Origin: Candidatus Multivoradales bacterium
Lineage (GTDB): Bacteria > Acidobacteriota > Thermoanaerobaculia > Multivoradales > JAHEKO01
Direction: 5' to 3'
DNA length: 64,000 nucleotides
NCBI GenBank assembly: GCA_965212505.1
Contig: OZ243123.1
Span: 38,141-102,140, forward strand
Shown here: positions 9,641-19,389 of the stretch, piece by piece
Layout of the letters: each line of letters starts with the position of its first letter
Numbering within the stretch: the stretch's first letter is position 1
Made by a program: the position numbers and the translations under genes
The notes under the pieces: generated by a model
The model's input: the letters and a program-made list of their open reading frames with translations, nothing else
Databases searched by the model: none
Told to the model about the DNA's origin: nothing

Positions 9641-9993
9641 GTTGTCTCCTTCTCTTCCGCGAGTTGTTTGATCTTCAGCAGCCGGTCGGCGGCGAGCGCC
9701 TCGAACGGCCGGATCCAGCGGCGATAGATCTGCTGGATCGGAACCGGGTTGATGTAGTTGTAGCGTTCGCGTCCGCGCCGCTCGATGAAGATGAGCGACG
9801 CACCTTCGAGCACCTTGAGGTGCTTCATCACAGCGAATCGAGTCGACTCGAAGTCGGCACACAACTCACCGGTGGTGTGTGGCCGCTCGCGCAGTCGATC
9901 GAGGATCCGTCGCCTCGAGGGGTCGCCCAGCGCACGCCAGACCAGATCGTCGCGCTGCGTGTCGGAGTCGGGATGTTTTTTGAGGGCGTTCAT
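9637..9993 (-). CDS. ArsR/SmtB family transcriptional regulator
   Basis: WRALGDPSRRRILDRL..TTGEL..AVMKHLKVLEGASLI..RRGRERYNY; overlaps the SRPBCC start by 4 nt. Confidence 0.9.
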   Translation of the reverse strand: MNALKKHPDSDTQRDDLVWRALGDPSRRRILDRLRERPHTTGELCADFESTRFAVMKHLKVLEGASLIFIERRGRERYNYINPVPIQQIYRRWIRPFEALAADRLLKIKQLAEEKETT

Positions 9994-9994
9994 T

Positions 9995-10020
9995 AATATG
10001 TGACCCAACGGTCACATATT
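9995..10020. promoter_or_regulatory. Perfect inverted repeat AATATGTGACC-caac-GGTCACATATT, candidate ArsR operator
   Basis: 11-bp arms, 4-bp spacer, AT-rich, 1 nt upstream of the ArsR ATG. Confidence 0.8.
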
Positions 10021-10043
10021 GAATGGAACTTGTCAAGCGCCTC

Positions 10044-10355
10044 TGCCGGCGAAGGAGAGCGCTAGAACCCCTCGAAGCCTTCGACGCCGCAGAAGCTCGC
10101 GAGCTTCGACAGCTCCCGCTCGAGTTGGGCGCGACGTCGGGGCGTGACCTCGATGCGAGGCTCCCAGTAGAAGGCGATCACCCGCAGAATGCCCTTCTTT
10201 GCCGGCGAAGGAGAGCGCTAGAACCCCTCGAAGCCTTCGACGCCGCAGAAGCTCGCGAGCTTCGACAGCTCCCGCTCGAGTTGGGCGCGACGTCGGGGCG
10301 TGACCTCGATGCGAGGCTCCCAGTAGAGGGCGATCACCCGCAGAATGCCCTTCTT
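10044..10355. repeat. 156-bp direct tandem duplication (10044-10199 / 10200-10355) of the 3' end of the YcaQ-like gene
   Basis: Units begin TGCCGGCGAAGGAGAGCGCTAG and end GAATGCCCTTCTT; one mismatch seen (A10172 vs G10328). Confidence 0.95.
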
Positions 10356-11480
10356 CCGATCGGCCTTGACGTCGATCCGACCGGTGAAGCGCTCGCCCTC
10401 GAGGATCGGCAACACGTAGTAGCCGTACTTTCGCTTCTTCGGCGGTACGAAGATTTCGAGCGCATAGTCGAAGCCGAAGACTCGAAGCGTGCGCTGGCGA
10501 TCGTGGATCAGCGGGTCGAACGGGCTGAGAAGCCGAAGCCGTCGCGGTGCTGCGGGCGCAGATTCGATTGATGCGAGCTGCGACTCGATCGCGTAGACCG
10601 CGCCGGGTGAGCTTCCCCGATCGGCGTGTTCGACACGGACCTTGACGAGGTCGTCTCCAAGCCCCTGCTCACACCAGCGAGTGGCCTCTTCGGTCGATGC
10701 GAAGAGGAAGAACTTGGCGATCTGGGCCGGAGTTCCGGCGCCCAGGCGAGTCAGCGCCTGACGGCAGACCCAGTCGATGGCCTCTCGGCGCGACACACGA
10801 TGCGTGTGGTGCGCCTCGGGCAGTACCCGCTCCGCGAGGTCGTACACCTTCTGCCGGCTCTCGCGTCGCGTGACCGCCACCTTGCCGGTTCGCCAGAGCC
10901 ACTCCATGGCCACCTTGGCGACAGTCGGGATTGGGAAGCCCGCGCTTCCGTCGACGCCGGCCCAGTCGAAACGCGCCTTCTCGGGGTCGAAGTCCCGCGG
11001 TTTGAGGGCGCCCTCTTTGCGAATGCGGCGGAAGACCCGGTCGATCTCCTCTCGGCTCACACCACTGAAATAGCGCTTGTAGCCCGGATGAACCTCGAAG
11101 CGTCGAAAGCGGTCGAAACAGTGCCGCCAGTAGGGGAAGTACTCACTCGGAAGGATGGCCGCGTCGTGAGTCCAGTTCTCGAACAGGGTTCGTGCGCTCT
11201 CCACTCGATGATCGAGCCAGCTCTGCCGGTACCGCTGGTTGCGCGAGAAGAGGATCTGATGCTGTGCTCGCTCCACCGCCGAGACGGCGTCGACCTGTAC
11301 AAACCCGAGCCGTCGCACCATCTCGTCCACCCATGCCCGTCTCGCCCTCGAGCCGGGGACCGGCAACGGGTCGTTTGGTGCCGGAGGTGCGAGCCCGTTG
11401 AGGCTCAACAGAGCCCGTCGGAAGGGCCGGTTTCGCAGCAGCACGTCGGAACTCGGCAAGGCGGGCGGAGTATCCCACAA
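10218..11480 (-). CDS. ycaQ: YcaQ/AlkZ-like (HTH_42) DNA interstrand-crosslink glycosylase
   Basis: GFVQVDAVSAVERAQH (QxD motif), LFENWTHDA, LLSPFDPLIHDRQRT..FGFDYALEIFVP..RKYGYYVLPIL. Start uncertain (TTG 11480 or 11459). Confidence 0.82.
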   Translation of the reverse strand: MWDTPPALPSSDVLLRNRPFRRALLSLNGLAPPAPNDPLPVPGSRARRAWVDEMVRRLGFVQVDAVSAVERAQHQILFSRNQRYRQSWLDHRVESARTLFENWTHDAAILPSEYFPYWRHCFDRFRRFEVHPGYKRYFSGVSREEIDRVFRRIRKEGALKPRDFDPEKARFDWAGVDGSAGFPIPTVAKVAMEWLWRTGKVAVTRRESRQKVYDLAERVLPEAHHTHRVSRREAIDWVCRQALTRLGAGTPAQIAKFFLFASTEEATRWCEQGLGDDLVKVRVEHADRGSSPGAVYAIESQLASIESAPAAPRRLRLLSPFDPLIHDRQRTLRVFGFDYALEIFVPPKKRKYGYYVLPILEGERFTGRIDVKADRKKGILRVIALYWEPRIEVTPRRRAQLERELSKLASFCGVEGFEGF

Positions 11481-11509
11481 GCCCCGATTCGAAGCGGGCC
11501 TGCCGAGTC

Positions 11510-12274
11510 TCAGTTGCGGCCGGCCATCACTCCTCCATCGACGTCCCAGACCGCGCCGGTCACCCAGCTCGCATCGTCCGAAAGCAGATGGTCGATCGTG
11601 GCCGCGACATCGTCGGGTTGGCCGATGCGGCCGATGGGGTGGAAGTCGTCGAAGCTCTGGAGCGTCTCCTCGATCTGGTCGGGCTCGATGAACGCGCCGT
11701 AGATGGGCGTGTGGACGACGGCCGGAGCCACCGCATTCACCCGAATGCCGTCCTTCGCGACCTCCATCGCCAGGTGCTGTGTCAGGGCGTGCAGGCCGGC
11801 CTTTGCCATCGAGTAGGCCGAGGATGGCGTGGCGGCGATCGCCTGCTTGGCCCACATCGACCCGATGTTGACGATCGACCCACCGCCGTTTGCACTCATG
11901 CTGGCGACCACCGCTTGGGTGATGAAGAACGTGGAGCGGTTGAGGCCGTGGTACCTGTCGTAGTCCTGCTTGCTGTGCTCGACAAACGGCCGAGGGCTAA
12001 AGTAGCCGGCCGCGTTGACGAGGTACTGAATCCGTTGCGATGGCTCGCGGAGTGAGGCGGCGAATCGATCTACGGCCGACTCGTCGTAGAGGTCGACGCT
12101 GGCGGTCTCGACGGTGCCGAGAGCGGACAGCTCGGCCCGTGCCTTTTCGAGGCGTGCCTCGTCGCGTGCGACGAGGTGAACGGCGACGCCACGACGCAGG
12201 AGGCGTTCGGCGGTCGCCCTCCCGATTCCGGTGGAGCCGCCGACGATCAGGGCTTTCGTGTTCGAATGGGGCAT
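11510..12274 (-). CDS. Short-chain dehydrogenase/reductase (SDR)
   Basis: GGSTGIG, LVNAAG, YSMAK catalytic motif, DGGVMA. Confidence 0.92.
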   Translation of the reverse strand: MPHSNTKALIVGGSTGIGRATAERLLRRGVAVHLVARDEARLEKARAELSALGTVETASVDLYDESAVDRFAASLREPSQRIQYLVNAAGYFSPRPFVEHSKQDYDRYHGLNRSTFFITQAVVASMSANGGGSIVNIGSMWAKQAIAATPSSAYSMAKAGLHALTQHLAMEVAKDGIRVNAVAPAVVHTPIYGAFIEPDQIEETLQSFDDFHPIGRIGQPDDVAATIDHLLSDDASWVTGAVWDVDGGVMAGRN

Positions 12275-12295
12275 GGGTTGGGTTCTCCTATGGGG

Positions 12296-12313
12296 CTACC
12301 TATGCATAGGTAG
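12296..12313. promoter_or_regulatory. Perfect 18-bp palindrome CTACCTATGCATAGGTAG upstream of SDR, candidate TetR operator
   Basis: Self-complementary; a near-identical copy lies at 12946-12963. Confidence 0.85.
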
Positions 12314-12358
12314 TTTTAGTGGATAGAAAACGGCGTTGGTGATGCACCCGCTCTGCGG

Positions 12359-12931
12359 CTAGCGGCCCCGCAACGACTCGAGGAAGACCTTTTGAACAGT
12401 GGACACGAGAGCCTTGCCTCCTTGAGCTCGTGAGAGGAGAAGCCCTCCCTGGAGGCTCGAGAGGAGCAGCGTCGCTGCGTCGGCAGGTTGTCCTTTGAAG
12501 GCGAAGTCTTGGTCGCGGACTCCAGTGCGGATGGCTTCGCGCAGCCACCGCTCGCTGATCTTCAGGTACGTGGAGATCGCCTTCTGGAGGGGAGCAGGGA
12601 GCGTCTCGCGGTCCGAAGCCAGTGAGCCGCACAAACAGATCACGCCGCGCGCCTCTGGCTCAGAGTAGAGCTCGATGAACCTCTCGAGCTTCCCTCTGTT
12701 CGAGTGGCCACCGCGGTCGATCGCGGCGAGCGACGCCTCCAGATCTGCGATGTAGCGTTCCATCACCGCCACGCCGAGGTCCGACTTGGTCGCAAAGTGG
12801 TAGTGGATGCTGGCCGTGCGGATGCCGATGGCCTCTGCAAGATCCTTGTAGCTGAATGCGTTGTAGCCACGCGACTGAATCAACTCCTGGGCGGTGTCCA
12901 TGAGTCGGGTCGCGGTTGCGTTTGGTGTCAT
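12359..12931 (-). CDS. TetR/AcrR family regulator (NemR-like)
   Basis: AQELIQSRGYNAFSYKDLAEAIGIRTASIHYHF; C-terminal CLCGSLA. Confidence 0.92.
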   Translation of the reverse strand: MTPNATATRLMDTAQELIQSRGYNAFSYKDLAEAIGIRTASIHYHFATKSDLGVAVMERYIADLEASLAAIDRGGHSNRGKLERFIELYSEPEARGVICLCGSLASDRETLPAPLQKAISTYLKISERWLREAIRTGVRDQDFAFKGQPADAATLLLSSLQGGLLLSRAQGGKALVSTVQKVFLESLRGR

Positions 12932-12945
12932 CGAGCAGACTGTAT

Positions 12946-12963
12946 CTACCTATGCATAGATAG
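12946..12963. promoter_or_regulatory. Second operator copy CTACCTATGCATAGATAG (17/18 match) upstream of TetR
   Basis: Lies 14 nt upstream of the TetR ATG. Confidence 0.85.
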
Positions 12964-13069
12964 TCAACGTAAGGTGTGCAAAGACAGTCCGGTCGAGGCC
13001 CGTTTGGGCGTGCCCGGAGATGCTTGACCTGCTGGACCCCACTCGGGACACGGGGTAGGGTCCTCGGGC

Positions 13070-14317
13070 ATGAGAGACGTGGTGATCATCGACGGCGTTC
13101 GCACACCGATCGGCAGCTACGGAGGGGCGCTCTCTTCGGTGCGGCCGGACGATCTGCTGGCTCATACCTTGGGAGCACTGGCCGAGCGCACGGGAATCGA
13201 CCCCGCCCAGATCGACGATGTGTATGCGGGTTGCAGCAACCAGGCCGGCGAGGACAACCGCGACGTCGCGCGCCACGCTCTACTTCTGGCGGGCTGGCCG
13301 GTCGAGGTGCCGGGCGTCACCGTCAATCGCCTCTGCGCCTCCGCTCTCGAGGCGGTCAACCTGGCCGCGAAGTCGATCGCCTGTGGCGAAGGAGACGTCT
13401 ACGTCGCCGGTGGCGTCGAGTCGATGAGCCGCGCGCCGTGGAGCATGCCCAAACCCGAGCGGGTGCCGACGTTCAAGCCGGCACAAGCGTGGGACACGAC
13501 CATTGGCTGGCGATACCACAACCCGCGGATGGAAGAGCTCTACCCGATCATCAGCCTGGGTGAGACCGCGGAGAACATCGCCCAGGAGATGGAGATCCTC
13601 CGAGAGGACCAGGACGCGTTTGCTCTCGAGAGTCATCGCCGGGCGGTGGCGGCGATCAACGCGGGCCGTTTCGCGGACGAGATCGCGCCCGTTCCTGTCC
13701 CGCAGCGACGAGGTGAGCCGGTGCAGGTCGACACCGACGAGCACCCCCGTTACCGACGCGAAGGCGAGCGCTACGAGGTCGACACGGACCTCGAACGACT
13801 CGGCAAGCTACGGCCTTCTTTCCGCAAGGGTGGCACCGTAACGGCCGGCAACTCGAGCGGCATCAACGACGGTGCCGCCGCCCTGCTGCTGATGAGTCGC
13901 GAGCGAGCCGAGGCGCTGGGTCTGAAGCCGATGGCTCGCTGGGTCTCTTCGGCGGTCGCGGGTGTCGACCCTGGAGTCATGGGGTACGGGCCGGTGCCGG
14001 CCACGGAAAAACTCCTGGACCGAGCCGGTCTGACCCTCGACGACATCGGCCTGGTCGAGCTCAACGAGGCGTTTGCTGCCCAGGCGTTGGGTGTCATGCG
14101 TCGGTTGGGGCTGTCGCACGAACGGACCAACGTCAACGGTGGCGCCATCGCCCTGGGACATCCGACCGGATGCTCTGGCGCGCGGATTCTGGTGACGCTG
14201 CTACATGAGATGAAGCGTCGAGCGGCGGAGCAGACACAGCCCTACTACGGGCTCGCGACGCTCTGCGTGGGGGTCGGCATGGGCGTCTCGACTCTCGTCG
14301 AGCGGCTCGGCGAGTAG
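13070..14317 (+). CDS. Thiolase (acetyl-CoA C-acyltransferase, PcaF/FadA-like)
   Basis: [11 protein letters not shown] (catalytic Cys), [35 protein letters not shown]. Confidence 0.95.
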   Translation: MRDVVIIDGVRTPIGSYGGALSSVRPDDLLAHTLGALAERTGIDPAQIDDVYAGCSNQAGEDNRDVARHALLLAGWPVEVPGVTVNRLCASALEAVNLAAKSIACGEGDVYVAGGVESMSRAPWSMPKPERVPTFKPAQAWDTTIGWRYHNPRMEELYPIISLGETAENIAQEMEILREDQDAFALESHRRAVAAINAGRFADEIAPVPVPQRRGEPVQVDTDEHPRYRREGERYEVDTDLERLGKLRPSFRKGGTVTAGNSSGINDGAAALLLMSRERAEALGLKPMARWVSSAVAGVDPGVMGYGPVPATEKLLDRAGLTLDDIGLVELNEAFAAQALGVMRRLGLSHERTNVNGGAIALGHPTGCSGARILVTLLHEMKRRAAEQTQPYYGLATLCVGVGMGVSTLVERLGE

Positions 14318-14440
14318 CTGGCGGACCACGAGACGTCGTTCAAGGCCGGGATTGGCACCGAGCCCCTGTGTGTCCACGACTCCTCGGCAGATGTGGAGGG
14401 GGTCGCTTTCGCGGAGCCGATCTCCCGCTAACCTACGGTT

Positions 14441-15922
14441 GTGGCTCTGTTCGTCTCGGCTCCGCGCCCAGGTCTCCTGTGGCATGGCCGTCGATGGCTG
14501 TTGCTCGTCACTCTGGGTATCGTCGGGCTCGGCTGTACGGCCCGGCCAGAAGACGCAGGTGACTCGAGCGCCGGCAGCCGGCCCAACGTTGTCGTCGTTC
14601 TGATCGACACCCTGCGGGCAGATCGCATGAGCCTCTACGGCTACGATCGCGAGACCTCGCCACGTCTCGAGGCGCTGGCCGAGGAGGCGGTTGTGTTCGA
14701 GCGGGCTCATGCGCCGGCGCCGTGGACTCTCCCGTCGGTCGTTTCGATGATGCTCTCGCAGCCGCCCTGTGAACACGGCATCCTCGTAGATCGGCGCGCG
14801 GTCGGTAGTCAGCAGAGACCCCTCGCGCGCCGGCTGTCGGAGGCTGGGTACCAGACGGCAGCCCTCTACGTGAACCCGTACGCCGGCAAACTCAGTGGCC
14901 TCGATCTCGGCTTCGACGTGAGCTCTCTCGAATCGGACCAGATCGACGGCGATCGGGTCACCTCCTGGCTGTTGGACCGCGATACCGAGCGGCCGTTTTT
15001 CCTCTACCTCCACAACACGGAGCCGCACGACCCGGTCAAGGTCGAAAATCGCTATCTGCGCAGAATGGGAGATGCCGTGCCCGCGTATCAACGCCGCCGG
15101 CTGGCGGAGTTGGTACCCGAGTATCGACAGTTGACGCGATTCGATTTTGTCGGCGGACAGGAGCCGGGATCGACCGACAACACGGCAGAGCAGCGACGCG
15201 TCATGACGGAGCTCGAGCGGCTCCGCGACCCCCTCTCGGCGCTTTATGACGCGCAGGTGCGTGCGGCTGACGACCGGGTCGGTTCCATCGTTCGCGCCCT
15301 CGAGCGAGCCGATGTCTGGTCGAACACCTGGCTCTTCGTCGTCTCCGACCACGGTGAGGAGTTCGGCGAACACGGCGGCTGGCAACACGACCAGTCAGTC
15401 TACGAGGAGATGATTCACGTACCGTTTGTCGTTCGCGCTCCCGAGGGTCGCTGGGGCGGGCGGCGGATCGTCGACCGCGTAACGCTGCTCGACGTGATGC
15501 CGACCCTTCTCGACGCCCTCGAGCTGGATCTCGAGGAGGTCCGCGGACGAAGCCTCTTGTCACTCCTGGCCGGCGAGAGTGGCCCGGACGACGAGATGCG
15601 GGTGACCAGCATGCGCCACAACCGGAAGAAGTACTTTCGTCCCTGGCGCGAATCGAGGGGAGAGCTCAACTACGTGGTCGCGGACGGGGCGTGGAAGGGG
15701 ATCTACAACGCCGAGCTGCCGTCCCTCGAGCTCTACGATCTGGTCGCCGATCCGGGCGAGAGCGAAGATCTCGGCACGATCGAGACGGACCGAGCGCGGA
15801 CCATGGTGAGGGCCGCGCGACACTTCGCCGCTGTGTGCGCCGAAGTGAGTCGAGCGCCGGAGGCGTCGGAAGCCTCGTCGGAGGAGGTCGAGGCGCTCAA
15901 GGCGCTCGGCTACCTCAACTGA
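14441..15922 (+). CDS. Sulfatase-like (alkaline phosphatase superfamily) lipoprotein
   Basis: LGC lipobox; VLIDTLRAD, PWTLPS, SDHGEEFGEHGG..H, LYDLVADPGE, LKALGY. Confidence 0.85.
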   Translation: MALFVSAPRPGLLWHGRRWLLLVTLGIVGLGCTARPEDAGDSSAGSRPNVVVVLIDTLRADRMSLYGYDRETSPRLEALAEEAVVFERAHAPAPWTLPSVVSMMLSQPPCEHGILVDRRAVGSQQRPLARRLSEAGYQTAALYVNPYAGKLSGLDLGFDVSSLESDQIDGDRVTSWLLDRDTERPFFLYLHNTEPHDPVKVENRYLRRMGDAVPAYQRRRLAELVPEYRQLTRFDFVGGQEPGSTDNTAEQRRVMTELERLRDPLSALYDAQVRAADDRVGSIVRALERADVWSNTWLFVVSDHGEEFGEHGGWQHDQSVYEEMIHVPFVVRAPEGRWGGRRIVDRVTLLDVMPTLLDALELDLEEVRGRSLLSLLAGESGPDDEMRVTSMRHNRKKYFRPWRESRGELNYVVADGAWKGIYNAELPSLELYDLVADPGESEDLGTIETDRARTMVRAARHFAAVCAEVSRAPEASEASSEEVEALKALGYLN

Positions 15923-15958
15923 GGCTCGCCGCCGTCGTCGACGGGTAGACTTCGGGCC

Positions 15959-16243
15959 ATGTGTCGGAACATCAGAACGCTCCACAACTTCGAGCCGCCG
16001 GCGAGCGAGGACGAGATCCAGGCCAGCGCGCTGCAGTACGTGCGCAAGATCAGCGGCTCCACCAAGCCCTCGAAGGCCAATGAGGAGGTGTTCGAGCGCG
16101 CCGTTGAAGAGGTCGTCACGGTGACGCGACGCCTGCTCGAGGGGCTGGTCTCGAACGCACCACCCAAGAACCGGGAAGAGGAGGCGGAGAAGGCGCGCGA
16201 GCGGTGGAAGCGTCGCTCGGAGCGGATCGCCGCCGGCGGCTAG
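15959..16243 (+). CDS. DUF2277 family protein
   Basis: MCRNIRTLHNFEPPA..ASALQYVRKISGSTKPSKAN. Confidence 0.85.
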   Translation: MCRNIRTLHNFEPPASEDEIQASALQYVRKISGSTKPSKANEEVFERAVEEVVTVTRRLLEGLVSNAPPKNREEEAEKARERWKRRSERIAAGG

Positions 16244-16526
16244 GAGTCGGTTTCAGGTCGCAGAGCGCCTCGAGCTGCGCTTCGGTTTCGGAGTCGACCT
16301 GAATCGGCTCGCTCGCGAAGGAGCTGATCGCCGCTGATCGGTGCGCTCGAATCAGAGCCGGGGGTGATTTCGAATCGGGTGGTCGCCAGCGACGTCTTGG
16401 CGCTCCCAGCGATGTCGGTGAAGGTCGCACGGTTCGACCTCCGGGGAGCGCAGCCGATTTCTCCCGCCGGCTCACTCTGCCGCGAAGAAGGGCTGCTGAC
16501 GGGCGTCGCGGTAAGTTAGGGCCTAC

Positions 16527-17387
16527 ATGGAGCCCAAACTGATTCTGCTCTTCGCCCTCGGCGTCGTTGGGGCGATTTTCATCTTGATCTGGATCCGGAG
16601 CATTGCGTCGGACGAGCGCCGGGGCCTTCCGACCTGGCTTCAGACGGCGATCGGCTTCGGCACCAACTTCTTCGACACGCTCGGCATCGGCTCGTTCGCT
16701 CCCACCACGTCTCTGTTCAAGCTCTGGAAGGTGGTTCCCGACGAGCGGATCCCTGGAACGCTCAACGTTGGCCATACACCACCGGTCATTGCGCAGGCGT
16801 TCATCTTCGTCGCCATCGTTCAGGTCGACCTGACGACCCTGGTGGCGATGATTGCCGCCTCCGTCGTCGGCGCCTGGCTCGGTGCCGGCATCGTCGCCGA
16901 TCTGCCGCGGCGGCCGATTCAGATCGGTATTGCAGTTGCGCTCTTCCTGGCGGCGGGGTTCTTCGTGATGAGCAATCTGGGAGCCTTCCCGACGGGCGGC
17001 GACGCGCGTGGTCTCGAGGGTGGCGCTTTGCTATTTGCGGTCGGCGTCAACTTCGTCCTGGGAGCCCTCGGCACCCTCGGCATTGGTGTCTACGCACCGA
17101 TCATGACCATGGTGAGTCTGCTCGGGATGAATCCGCAGGTCGCCTTCCCGATCATGATGGGCTCGTGCGCTTTTCTGATGCCGGTGGCGAGCACGCGCTT
17201 CGTGCAGAAACGCAAGTACGGTCTCAAGCCGGCGCTCGGGCTCGCGCTCGGTGGCGTCCCGGCCGTCCTGATCGCGGCGTTGATCGTGAAGTCTCTGCCG
17301 ATCGAGACGCTGCGCTGGCTGGTGGCCGCGGTCGTCTTCTACACGGCCTTCGTGATGCTGCGCTCGGCGCGCAGCGACGCTGGCTAG
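16527..17387 (+). CDS. TauE/SafE (TSUP) family permease
   Basis: Multi-TM; [33 protein letters not shown]. Confidence 0.75.
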   Translation: MEPKLILLFALGVVGAIFILIWIRSIASDERRGLPTWLQTAIGFGTNFFDTLGIGSFAPTTSLFKLWKVVPDERIPGTLNVGHTPPVIAQAFIFVAIVQVDLTTLVAMIAASVVGAWLGAGIVADLPRRPIQIGIAVALFLAAGFFVMSNLGAFPTGGDARGLEGGALLFAVGVNFVLGALGTLGIGVYAPIMTMVSLLGMNPQVAFPIMMGSCAFLMPVASTRFVQKRKYGLKPALGLALGGVPAVLIAALIVKSLPIETLRWLVAAVVFYTAFVMLRSARSDAG

Positions 17388-18487
17388 CTGATCTCGACCG
17401 CCGGCTCGCCGAGCGCCTCGGTGCGCGGAGTGATGCCCAACCCGGCCTCCTCTGAGGCCGCCATCTTGCCGTGATCGCGCTGCGGCGCACCCTCCGCCGT
17501 GCTGACGGTGACGTAGCTGTTGAAGTCGGTCGCCGTGAAGAGCAGCTCCGGAGGCGTCGAGTGGGCAAGATGGGCGATCGCGGCGGTGGTCACGTCGCCG
17601 CCCCAGCTGTCCTCGATGGTCATCGCGACGCCGAGCGAGGCACAGAGGTCGCGCGCCTGGCGGGCTCGGGTGAGGCCGCCGAACTTCGAGATCTTGATGT
17701 TGACCGCATCCATCGCGCCATCGGCGTGGGCTCGCAGCAAGATCGGAATTCCATCGATGTTCTCGTCGAGGACGAAGGGGTGGTCGGTGCGCCGGCGGAT
17801 GGTCAGGCACTCCTCGTAGGAGAGACACGGCTGCTCGATGTAGACGTCGATGTCCCGCACGCCGCGCACCACACGAGCGGCGTCGTGCATCAACCAGCCG
17901 GTGTTCGCGTCGGCGATCAGCACGTCGCCCCGCTCGAGCTCGGCCGCGACCGCGCGAATGCGCTCGATATCGGTGTGGGGGTCGGCGCCGACCTTCAGTT
18001 GGAACTTGCGGTAACCCTCGGCTCGGTAGCAGGCGACTTTGGCCGCCATCGCTCCGGGCGCCTCCTGCGAGATCGCCCGATAGAGCGCGAAGCTCTCGCC
18101 GTAGCGACCGCCGAGCAACGTACAAACCGGGAGCCCGGCGACCTGCCCGAGGATGTCCCAACACGCGATGTCGATGCCCGACTTGACGTACGGATGGCCC
18201 TTGAGCGCTGCATCCATCCAACGATTCAAGCGATCCAGGTCACGCGGGTCGTGGCCGATGAGATGCGGTGCAAGCTCGGCGATGCCTGCGCGGACGCCGC
18301 CGGCATAAGCCGGCAGATAGAAGGGGCCCAGCGGGCAGACCTCTCCGTGCCCGACGACGCCGGTGTCCGTTTCGACCCGTACGATCGTCGAGTCGAAAAC
18401 GGAGACCGACTTACCGCCGGACCAGTTGTAGCTGCCTTCGTGAAGGGGGAGGTCGACCTGGAACGCGGAGATCTTGGTGATCTTCAT
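17384..18487 (-). CDS. Enolase-superfamily (MR/MLE) enzyme, probably cis-3-hydroxy-L-proline dehydratase
   Basis: [56 protein letters not shown]; closely matches my recollection of the Labrenzia c3LHyp dehydratase subgroup. Confidence 0.8.
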   Translation of the reverse strand: MKITKISAFQVDLPLHEGSYNWSGGKSVSVFDSTIVRVETDTGVVGHGEVCPLGPFYLPAYAGGVRAGIAELAPHLIGHDPRDLDRLNRWMDAALKGHPYVKSGIDIACWDILGQVAGLPVCTLLGGRYGESFALYRAISQEAPGAMAAKVACYRAEGYRKFQLKVGADPHTDIERIRAVAAELERGDVLIADANTGWLMHDAARVVRGVRDIDVYIEQPCLSYEECLTIRRRTDHPFVLDENIDGIPILLRAHADGAMDAVNIKISKFGGLTRARQARDLCASLGVAMTIEDSWGGDVTTAAIAHLAHSTPPELLFTATDFNSYVTVSTAEGAPQRDHGKMAASEEAGLGITPRTEALGEPAVEIS

Positions 18488-18527
18488 GGGCTGGCGCGGA
18501 CTCTACCGCAGGCCCAGCCCGCCTCGT

Positions 18528-18932
18528 TCAGCCGAGCTTGGAGCCGACGATCGGCAGAGTGTGGCGGCGAATCCAGATCACCAACAGACTGCAGAGGGTC
18601 ACGACGATCGCCAGGCCGAAGAGCAGGCCGCCGTCGCCCTGCACTTCGATGCCGAGCTGGGTCAGATGGCTGACGATCGCGCCGCCCATGACGCCGAGAG
18701 CGATGACCGCGCCGGTTGCCGCGACGCCCGGGATCAGGAGTAGGAGGCTCGCGAAGAGCTCGACGACCCCGGAACCGATGCGGCCCCAGGGCTCCATGCC
18801 GAGCGTCTCGAAGATGTAGACCGACTCCGGTGCGCCGGTGAACTTGAAGAACAGTGTCTGCACCAGAATGACGACCGCGACAAGCTGGGCGAACCAGCTC
18901 ACGCGCTTCTGGGTGGTGGTCAATCGGCTCAT
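18528..18932 (-). CDS. DoxX family membrane protein
   Basis: ILVQTLFFKFTGAPESVYIF..LGMEPWGRIGSGVVEL..GAIVSHL..GDGGLLF; strong SD GAGGAGGA. Confidence 0.85.
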   Translation of the reverse strand: MSRLTTTQKRVSWFAQLVAVVILVQTLFFKFTGAPESVYIFETLGMEPWGRIGSGVVELFASLLLLIPGVAATGAVIALGVMGGAIVSHLTQLGIEVQGDGGLLFGLAIVVTLCSLLVIWIRRHTLPIVGSKLG

Positions 18933-18942
18933 GGTTTCCTCC

Positions 18943-19389
18943 TCACTGGTCCAGCAGGCGCGGCCAGTTGCGATCGGCCTTGGCGACGTTGCCGGGGATG
19001 TCCTTGCGCCATCGGGAGCGCACTGACTTGCTGTAGTTCAGGTAGAGCTTGCCGTCGTGGAGGGTCCACGCCTCGGGGTCGACGTCGGCGGTACTCCCCT
19101 TGCTGACGGCGTACGCGCAGTAGCCGCCGTATTGCGGGGCGAAACGCTTCGGGTCCGCGGCGAAGCGGTCACGGTTCTCGGCGCTCACAAAGCGCCAGGT
19201 GGCGTTCTCCCAGAGATGCTCGTAGGCCTCGTTGCCGCGCTCGGCCGAGCCGTCGAAGTAGGCGACGGCGTCGTAGCTGTGAATCGCGATGTCGCCTCTT
19301 CCCTTGGTGTTGATCGGCTCGACGGCAGAGGCGGCGGTTGCCGCGGTGAGGATCAGGGCAGGTAGCAAGACTCGAAGTGGGTTCCTCAT
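18943..19389 (-). CDS. Secreted YHS-domain protein (YGGYCAY type)
   Basis: Signal peptide; YDAVAYF, FVSAENRDRF, PQYGGYCAYAV, DGKLYLNY. Confidence 0.88.
   Translation of the reverse strand: MRNPLRVLLPALILTAATAASAVEPINTKGRGDIAIHSYDAVAYFDGSAERGNEAYEHLWENATWRFVSAENRDRFAADPKRFAPQYGGYCAYAVSKGSTADVDPEAWTLHDGKLYLNYSKSVRSRWRKDIPGNVAKADRNWPRLLDQ

Noticed and set aside
10023-10571. 182-aa + strand ORF with an internal repeat
   Set aside because: It is an antisense by-product of the 156-bp duplication of the YcaQ-like gene end.
16244-16526. Gene in the 280-bp gap (part of track ORF 16116-16775)
   Set aside because: The ORF overlaps real genes at both ends and has no recognisable motif.
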